DNA of 56,323 nt, the filler included, from Sphacelaria rigidula (Eukaryota), in NCBI GenBank assembly GCA_964200075.2. It is 4 parts of 4 records of this genome, joined end to end, with 100 filler letters (N's around TTAATTAATTAA, not from the genome) between each part and the next. Parts side by side here need not be neighbours in the genome. Positions count along the whole stretch, not along the records: positions 42,319 to 56,323 come from CAXNAA020002519.1; 3 more parts are not named here. The stretch is one strand, 5' to 3'. A program made the translations under genes and the position numbers. Positions within the stretch are counted from its first letter, which is position 1. Each line of letters starts with the position of its first letter. The notes beneath the pieces are model-generated. The model ran no database searches and was not told where the DNA came from. It saw only the letters and a program-made list of their open reading frames with translations. Positions 48,044 to 56,323 of this stretch are shown here, one piece after another.

Positions 48044-48622
48044 CAAGGTCGTGTTCTGTAGGGTACGGTTTTCTGTATACCTGGGGTATTTTTCTGGGTA
48101 TTTACCGTACCGGACAGTTCTGTGACTTGGGTAAGATTTCCATAACGGTACCCGACAGTTCTGTAATATCTGTAAGGCCTTCGTACCCGTACCCGATAGC
48201 TCTGCGAGTTCTAAAAGCCTTCCGTACCGTTACCTGGGGGCACGGGTATGCTCCTGATAAGATAACCTGTTGCGGGTACGTTATTCTGTGCAACCGCCAC
48301 ACCCTACCCGGCAGTTTCTGTGAGTTCTGTCAGCCTCCCATACCCTTACCCGACACTTCTATGAATTCCGTACAAGAACTTCACCCTAACCCGAGGGACG
48401 GGTATGACCTGAAAGAGTTACCCGATTGCCGGTACCGGTTTTCTGTAAGTCTCCCATACCTTACCCGACAAGTTCTGTAACTGCTGGAAGACTTTCATGC
48501 CGGTACCCGACAGTTCGGTAAACTCTGTAAGGCCTCCATACTGGTACCCTACAGTTCTGTAAGTTCTGTAAGGAATCTCATACCCTACAGATCGTACCCG
48601 TACCTTACAGAACACAACCTTC
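48044..48622 (+). mobile_element. Non-autonomous TIR element, copy 2
   Basis: TIR AAGGTCGTGTTCTGTAGGGTACGG versus reverse complement of the right end, AAGGTTGTGTTCTGTAAGGTACGG. Has internal short repeats. No TSD seen. Confidence 0.82.
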
Positions 48623-48981
48623 AAAATTTCAGCGCCTAATTCTTCGAAAGACCAATCACATGTCCACTAATTATTTAAAAATCACTGTCAGCTGGCCCAG
48701 CTCGTATTACCAAACAAAACTGTGTACCCTGGTGCCATTAATCGTGTCAGTAGTGGTGCATACCTTCAATCCAAAAATCATTGCGCGGTTACTCGTATCT
48801 CGGTGTACGCGGCCGCTGCACGAGAAAGCAGACACCGCAGACGTATTCTGTCGTACGCGACTGCTTGATACCCGCCGTAAGAATCCTGCGCAGGGTGATC
48901 ACTCTGCGACTTACACTGCGTTATATTCTCCAGTCTGGAACTCAAAGGGACCCTCTGCAGGAGGGGAAACGTTTTGCATTA

Positions 48982-49529
48982 CAGTAGTGGGCGGTCTAAC
49001 TATTCATTTTATGATATCTTGAGAGTCTTTCGTAATTGGCGATTTTCTTGGGCTCTTTCCGCTCGCCACCGCTCACCAGATCAGGGTACTGAGGATATTT
49101 GTATCTGCTCCACATTCCAAGGAAAAAAAACATCTGCACTCAATATTGAGTCAATTGCGGGCTGACCGGTTATCGGGGGTCCTGCCACGATCAGCCCAGA
49201 TTCTCACTCTTCTATATTTTCGGTTGATCGAGCCTTTCGCGATTATATTTATGAAGAAATGTACACATTTTTGTTTTGAAATTCTACCTACTCATTGAAT
49301 TAGAGTCGAAAAACTGTGTTTCACGGTCAAAAACACCCTCATGATGAGCGGGGTATTTACTCAAATCGACCGATAACATCGTCTCACACTGACTTGAGCA
49401 CTGTGTTTCGAGAATGATCTGTTTATCGTTCTAAAATCGACCGGCTCTAGCAATTTCGAGTTATTCGGAAAAGTAGTACGCGAGGAAAACCCCAAAACAC
49501 CCCAAAAATAGTAAGACCGCCCGCTACTG
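48982..49529. mobile_element. pogo/Tc1-type MITE (548 bp)
   Basis: TIR CAGTAGTGGGCGGTCTAACTATT versus CAGTAGCGGGCGGTCTTACTATT. TA on the left, AA on the right. Confidence 0.8.
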
Positions 49530-49877
49530 AACATCAGCGCCTGTCAACACCTGACACAAACAGTACTACGGAAGTACGTACCCGTAACGGCTCCGACATG
49601 CAGTACTTTGCTCGATTGCTCCCTGCTTCACTAGAACAAAAAAACATCACACGAGCGTGATTTGCTTATCACCGCCCCACAGCAATGGAGAAACGGTTAA
49701 CGGCAGGCCATTGCCCGCAAGTGGTATTTCGACAGCAGACACCCTTAGCTTCCGCCTTTTTCGAAACTCTCTTGATTCCGCATCAGCCAGTTCTCTCACT
49801 TGCAGGTGAGGTCGATCTCGATCGGTGTAGTACCGTGGCCAAATCCAGACTCCTATTCAGTCCCGGTCCTCAGTTGT

Positions 49878-52800
49878 CGCAGCCGCTGGCGGGTGGATCC
49901 CGGAGCTGGATACTTGTTCGATCCCATATCCAGACCGGTGCGTTGAACCTTCCCCGCCTGAACCAAGCGTCAGTGACTTCTGACCTACGCCTGGAGACTT
50001 GGCTCTACCTGGTATTTCCGGCGCATCATTCAGGTCAGGGGACTACCCGCTGTTGAGACTCTTGCCAGCTGTTCCCCAATTCTACCGTGGGCGTTCCCAT
50101 CCACTTGCTCTGTCATCGTGTGGACCATGCTGCGTAGCTTGGGTCTACGCTGCGGCGTTGGCTCAACTTTTTTACCGTAGCCGGAATGCTACGTCCTGTT
50201 TCCTAAGTCTGGGGCTATTTTCATCGCTCTGAAGGTGAGTCAGCTACAGTCGGTTACTATGAAGACGCTAGGGTGTGTGTGTGTGTGTGTGTTCGTGTGT
50301 TTTTCTAACTTTTTGGAACTCATTGACGTTTTTGATGTTGTGAATCGGCATCATTTTCACTCATTTCCAACTCATAATGATGCCGATTCTTGACAACAAA
50401 AATCGTCAATGGGTTCCGACAGGGGTATTTTAGTGACCGCACCGCGCTGTGCGGCGACATGGAGCAGACAGCAGCGTGAGTGTGAGAAACGAGAGCGCTC
50501 GAGTATCCACCTACCTCCCAGGCCCGACCGAGCGGCAGCAGCGCTGCGTTGCATTACGCTGAGCGCGAGTACTTCGTGGCTGCACGGAGATACTGGAAGT
50601 GTTGAAGTGTTGTGCCAGCGGAACCTCCGGCGGCATTCATGGTGGACCATGATACGGCTGACGAACTGGAGCTGACAAAGACTGACTTCGAGGAGCTGAG
50701 GAGAGCGCGCATTCTCAAGCCGGCTGGGATCGAGTGCCACGGCGAGTTCGAGGTGATCTGTCAGAGATTATGGATCTGACCCGTCCATCATCCACAACGG
50801 AAACAAATCGAAGTTGCCGCCGCGGTAGATCATGCTAGTCTGGCCGCACGCCTCCTGACCTAAATTTTAGAAACCAGCTCCTTTCAGGTCCACAAAGGCT
50901 TCCGAAGTGATCTTCAGCTATTTTACCGCATCAGGGTCGACCATGGTTACCGCTGAGGCCGCTTCGCTGGCACAAAAGCTCCTGCCCTTCCGTGCTTCTG
51001 CGAAGTGACCATGTTGCGCTATTGATGTCACGTCCGACTTTGTTGCCGGTATGCGGTTACGCGCCCGTGGTGTTTCGACCATGGACCTGATTACGTCCGA
51101 CTCCGTGTCGGCCGGTTCTCCAAACCTGCCTCGAACTTGCAAATAGGGTCGATGTCGATTTCTGCAGTACCATGATCAGATCTGAACACCTTCACAGTCG
51201 CGGTATTCGGCTACTGCAGCCGCTGGCGGGTGGATCCCCGAGCTCGGTACCCGCTGATTCCACCTGAGGACCTGTGGTTGGGAGTACACTGCCTGTCTTG
51301 ACGTCAGTGACGTCTGCGCTTTGCCGAGAGACTGTACCCTACCTGGTATTTCTGGCGCACCCGTAGTTGCGGGGACTCCTCGCTGTTGAGACCCTCCCAG
51401 CTGTCCCCCAGCCGTACCGTGGGCGTTAGCATCCACTTACTCTGTCAGCGTGTGGACCATGCTGCGTAGTTTGAGTCTACGCTGCGGAGCTTGCTCAATT
51501 CTTCTTCCATGGCAGGAGCGCTACTTCCCGTTGCCTAGTTCGAGGATTATTTTCATTGCTCCAGAGTTTGTGGAGCTGAAGTCCGCCGTAGCAATCACGC
51601 CAGTGTGCCCTGCTATGTTTGTGATAATCCCGTACCATACTATGCGGCGATACGGAGCAGAGAGCAGCGTGAGCGTCAGAAACTAATGCCTCCAACTACC
51701 CACCTACCGTAAAAGCCAAGCCAAGCGGCAGCAGTCGTACGTAGCGTCGTGGTAAGCATGGACACGTGGCGGCAGCACGGAGGGGCGAGAGATATCGTGC
51801 CAGCAGAAGCTCCAGCGGCAGGGACGGTGGGCCTCGGTGGGATACACGGAAAGGTCACGTGGGAAGACTTGGCGGCGCTGGCAGGAGCACGCCTTCTCAA
51901 GCTAGGCCAGGGGGCTTCCAGCCAGACATACAGGATGGAGCACGTCGAACGCATCGCGGCGCTCGATCTTGGATGTTCAGCCAAACGTGTCCTGACCCAT
52001 TGAGGACGCGGGGTACTGTAAGCTCCGTGAGGTCTTGTAAATTGAGCTCCTGTTCATGCATCTGATCAAGGTCCACCATGCTTGGCGCTGGACGTACTGC
52101 AGGTACAAGACCTCCCGCACTCCGTTTTGCTGTGAAGTGTCCATGCTGATGATGCGGCTGCGTATGGTTCCCGCTGCTCGGCTGGGGGTTGCGCAGGAGA
52201 TGAGTTGTTGAAGCGGTTTTGTTTCTCGCAGTCCCACCGCTCTATGGTCCGCGTCACCGAATAGTACAAAAGGAGCCGGGAAAGCATGACGCCCTGACGT
52301 ATTCTGTCATCGACGACGATGTGGGACTGTGTGATGTGTCCTCTGCAGAGCTGATGTAGAATGGTGTCGGACTGTGGGAGCTACCCGTAGCTCACGGGGA
52401 AGGAGAAAAATGTTTGTGACGAACCATGGGAGTAAGCGAGGGAAAGTGAGAAACAAAGCCGCTTGTCTACTCACCGGACACATGAGCCTGGCCAAGCAGA
52501 AGCAGCCGTATGTGGCATCACTACGAACATGGGCACCTTACAACAGCATGGAGGGGCAGCAGCTCTGATGCCAGTTGTACCGCGAGCAGCAGCCATGTTT
52601 GACCTCGGATGGACAGACGTACTGAAGACCACGATGGAAGACTTCGCGAAGCTAATGGGAAAAGGCTTGCTCAAGCTAGACTGAGGGAGGCTCGTCCCAT
52701 CATGTAGGGTCTAGGGCGGTTTCAAGTTCGATGCGGTCTGTCGTGGATACACGTTTGTATTCACGATAAGACACTCGATACTTCTCATTACCCTCGATCA

Positions 52801-53140
52801 TGGATGTCTGGCCGAACCCCCCCTGGCAGAGCTTGAGAAATGGGCTTCCTGCCAGCTCCGCGAGATCTTCCCACTTGAGCCTGAGGTTGTCTACACCTCC
52901 GAGGTCCAACGCGGCCGCCGCTGGAGGTCCTGCTGGCACGGGATCTCTCGCGTCTCTATGCTGTTGCGAAATGCACGTGCTGATGATGATGCCACGTACG
53001 GCTGCTGCTGGTTGGCTCAGCATGTACGGCAGGTGGGTCATAGAACGATTTAGTTGCTCAGTCACGCTGCTCTCTGGTCCGTGTCACCGCGCGGTACGGC
53101 ACAGTGTTGTGAAAGCTGTACACCATCGCCGACGATGATC
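49878..53140. repeat. Local array of diverged repeats carrying kinase-like N-terminal fragments
   Basis: A ~360-bp direct repeat lies at 49878-50235 and 51216-51580. Five ~300-bp homologous units lie at ~50455(+), 51650(+), 51976-52300(-), 52420(+) and 52780-53140(-). Confidence 0.75.
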
Positions 53141-53869
53141 GAGGCAGCTGTCATGTGTTCCCTGAACAGCTGGTGTCCATTGGTGTAGGACTATGGAGGC
53201 TATCCGTACCCCCAAGAGGGAAATAAAAAAGGAAGGGTACGGAGCAAGGGAGGAAGCCCGGGATGGCTGTGTGCTCTGTGCTCCCTGGCTCAGATGTGTT
53301 AACGTACATTGGATCGTAATACGTGCCTTTCATCGGATCAAGGATGGGGTCTACGGCATGTGCAAACGAAGCGGGATCTCTGAGAATGCCTACATCACAC
53401 TATCCCCACCACCATGGGGAAGATTAACCCTTTTGGGACCGATCTTCAGTAACAAGGGATTCACCATGTGTTCACAAAAATGAATGAACGAATCTGGGAG
53501 CGATCTACCCGATCACGGCGAGGCGGAACTTATTGACCAATTCCAAATGACTAGTCGGGGGGATTGACACCGGGAGTGATGTCACTGCCAAGGTGGTGTG
53601 TGTACCCTATTAATGGCCCACGAAAAAGCCTTCGAAGCAAAAAAAAACCCACGGTGGTCGGGGCTCGGTTTCCCTACTTTTCATCATTTACTCGCATTTT
53701 GTATAGGTCCGACCTCCGCTCCCCAGTTTTTTGGGGGGTCACCATCCTATAGTGAAATCTGGTTGATTACACCAACACAGGGTGCTCGGGGGAAATTCGG
53801 GAAAATATGCACCCTACTATATATGTGATCATGTTCATAAGGCGATTGAATCTAGCAACGCTGTGGGAC

Positions 53870-54250
53870 GAGAGACAGAGGTAGAGGCATGAGTTCTGCG
53901 TATCCCTCCGTCAAGGCGATACAAGAGGCGGTGAGGTCGTATGTAATCGACGGGATCGAACAAGCTATGTATGGGCAACTGATCTCCGTCGCGGAGAACT
54001 GCCCAAAACGTGTGAGGGACTATGCAGAGGCAGCCACTGCTGCATTCGAAGAGGCGTACTGTACTCTGTGTGCGGCGCAACGCCCATGCCGTTCTAAGAG
54101 GATTTGCCGCTTGCAACAAGGAGGGAAATCGCGGTCCACCCCGACCACAAACGGCTGTGTGGCGAGGTGATCGGGACAATAATACCATTCAAAGCCACAA
54201 GTGGTGGGCGGTGGCTGCGACATCCTGTTGAAAGCTCTCCACGGCGACTC
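53870..54250 (+). pseudogene. Possible hAT transposase C-terminal (dimerisation) relic
   Basis: A helical-looking ORF is followed in a shifted frame by SHKWWAVAATSC*KLSTA, resembling the WW....P.LS..A motif. Confidence 0.3.
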
Positions 54251-54782
54251 ATACTGCTTGATACATTGTACATTGGCTGATGATGCCCACGACACGAGAA
54301 TTACATAAGTGTACAGTTTGCACCTGCCCCTGAAAACAGATTGGATGAAACTTTCGATCTTCCTCTGACCCTGCGGTTACATGTGTACGTGGATATTTAG
54401 TTACATGAAGCCACTGTTTCATGCATATGCAGGACACATCATTCCTAACCCGCCTCCTTGGTCGTTCTGGAGGCCCAGTCCCCAAAGGGCTGATCGCAAA
54501 TTTTCTGGTGGAATAATTCAACATTCAACCCTATTCCGTCATCAGCTGATGTAATTGCCCAATGCTTAACAGTAGTATCTACTCGGAGTCTGCTTCACAT
54601 TCACGTGCTGCATAAGACATACGTTGACGTGTCCCACCCTCCCGCGGACCAAAATTCGCCTGTTGCACGTCTTGATTCTTGTTTTTTTAACTGTTTTGCC
54701 TGGCCATAGTTGAGACATACATATATGCATAACATCGGTAAAGTTATTATTATCGGAAGGGGACTAACGCTGACTGCGCTAA

Positions 54783-55531
54783 GGGCTCTTATCGAAGGGG
54801 ATAACCCCCTTTTCCAAAATCCCCCTTTTAAAAAACGACCGCTGATTGGTCGCTGCGATACCTCCCCCAATTCCCCTCTTGAAAAGGGGATTTCTGGCTA
54901 CCTCAAAAGGAAACATATATATCCCGTTGACAGGGGCACATGCAAAGGCTTACCACACAACCCAACACGATCAGAGCTGAACCTGAGGAACTTGGTGGCC
55001 CCGCAAACCAAAAACACAGGTAGCTGCTCATCAGCTGTGCACGTTGTGCGTGACCTTGCTCAAATTTATCCCGAATTCATGAAGCTATGGTGATTTGTGT
55101 GAGAAGCGCGCGCAGCACACACTCACAGAACGGTCAGCAACGACACGTTTTCGGTTGTTTTTGACACGCATGCGGCCGCCGTTTGTCCAATACAGAACGG
55201 ATTTCTGTCAAACAAAGACCGCCGTGTGTGGGTTTGCAAGGGTTAACAGGGAAACTAATGCGCGTGGGTGGTGGATGTCTGTGCGTGCTTTCCCGGGGCT
55301 GAGTGTGTAGGTGTTGTGTTGCCTTGTTGCGTCATGTCTGCAGCATTACACAGACCTTGGACTGACGATCACTTCCAGACCCGCCGCATTTCTGAACCTG
55401 CGTGCAGATATGGGGTCCAATCTGTACGAAGCTGCTTCTCGATAGGGCTAAGGACTGGTCGTTATGGGGCCAATCCCCTGTCAAAAAGGGATTGTGAAAA
55501 AAGTGATGATCCCCTCCCTTAAGAAGAGCCC
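54783..55531. mobile_element. PIF/Harbinger (Tourist-like) MITE, 749 bp
   Basis: TAA|GGGCTCTT...AAGAGCCC|TAA gives a TAA TSD and GGGC termini. A second copy is at 27443. Confidence 0.85.
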
Positions 55532-56323
55532 TAAAGCTTGGTTGTGGTGAAGCTTGCTGTTCTTGACGCTGTAAGTTCCTTCACTGTGTGCGATCCGTGC
55601 GCCGTATCTTCGCTCCACCTCGATCTTAGTATTGGCGCGTAATGTTGCATTTAGGCAAATGAAGAAGCAGCCGCGCCGGAGTGGTCACAATGCTACATTC
55701 TCGGCCGCTTGGAGCGGCACAAGGTGTCAAAATCCTCTCTTATGATCGTCCGCTCTCTTGACTTTCGTCGTGAGGGTGTCAACACCTGGGGGTGAACATG
55801 AAGTTGACGAATGTCAACGGGCTGCAGGAGTACGTGCTGACTCAGTGCTAGATGATGACAGTGTCAGGCGGGTACATATCTGGAGAGAGACGCGTTGATC
55901 CTTCCAGACTACAGTGCCTTCCCGACGGGAAATGGTGAAAGATATGACGAAAAAATGAATTTACAGAGGAAGCCTGGTAGCTGTGAGCCAGCGCAGATAA
56001 AACTGGTGGTAGTGCGCCGTACCTCTAATTGAGCACACCACGCTATGACCACCGCACGCAGGGTAGATTACCGTTTGCTGAAGGACTACGAACACGGCCT
56101 GCCTTGCTTTGGGTTGAAGTCAGGGTCAACAGTTGCGGGTCGGATCCGGGTTGATTTGTCTCGCAAGGTCCGTGATCTGGACGGTTTGGATGGCGGAATA
56201 ATCCCGTTTGAGTCCATGTGTGCCAAGGCACTACGGTTAGGACAAATCATCACCACTCAAAATCACCAAATTCACGATTTCTTCGGTCTGATTCGCCAAC
56301 AGGGAGGAAAAAGTTGACCGCTG

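Noticed and set aside
46844..48622. Recurring TACCCGACAGTTCTGT motifs as a CRISPR or regulatory array
   Set aside because: Internal repeats of two copies of a TIR element, with irregular spacing.
56045..56317. 90-aa ORF at the window end
   Set aside because: No recognisable motif or splice support.

Overview
This is eukaryotic, repeat-rich DNA, most likely a stramenopile (brown-alga-like). That assignment is inferred from long GT-AG introns, short exons, TTAGGG-like motifs and the protein families seen. The window is not one locus. It is four unrelated contigs (1-14007, 14108-28113, 28214-42218, 42319-56323; lengths 14007/14006/14005/14005, i.e. size-sorted) joined by artificial 100-bp N44-TTAATTAATTAA-N44 spacers. 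Host gene pieces are the last exon of a TPT-family sugar-phosphate/phosphate translocator, three exons of an ABCB-type transporter nucleotide-binding domain (one with a probable GC donor), four phase-compatible exons of a fucosyltransferase-motif glycosyltransferase-like gene, and two orphan exons. The rest is mostly transposon-derived. It includes a degenerate Ty3/gypsy LTR retrotransposon, pogo, mariner, IS630/Tc1-like and hAT-like relics, many MITEs with readable TIRs/TSDs, tRNA-derived SINE heads and satellites. The most interesting signals are (i) the gypsy Pol architecture: an unexplained ~250-codon, possibly methyltransferase-derived insert between RNase H and integrase, tandem chromodomain-like and Tudor-like domains after integrase, a CCCH-type finger in Gag and a WLDD RT motif; and (ii) an alternating-orientation array of five diverged fragments of a kinase-like N-terminus, each ending at or just after the glycine-rich-loop position. 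All calls were made by eye, and none were checked against databases.
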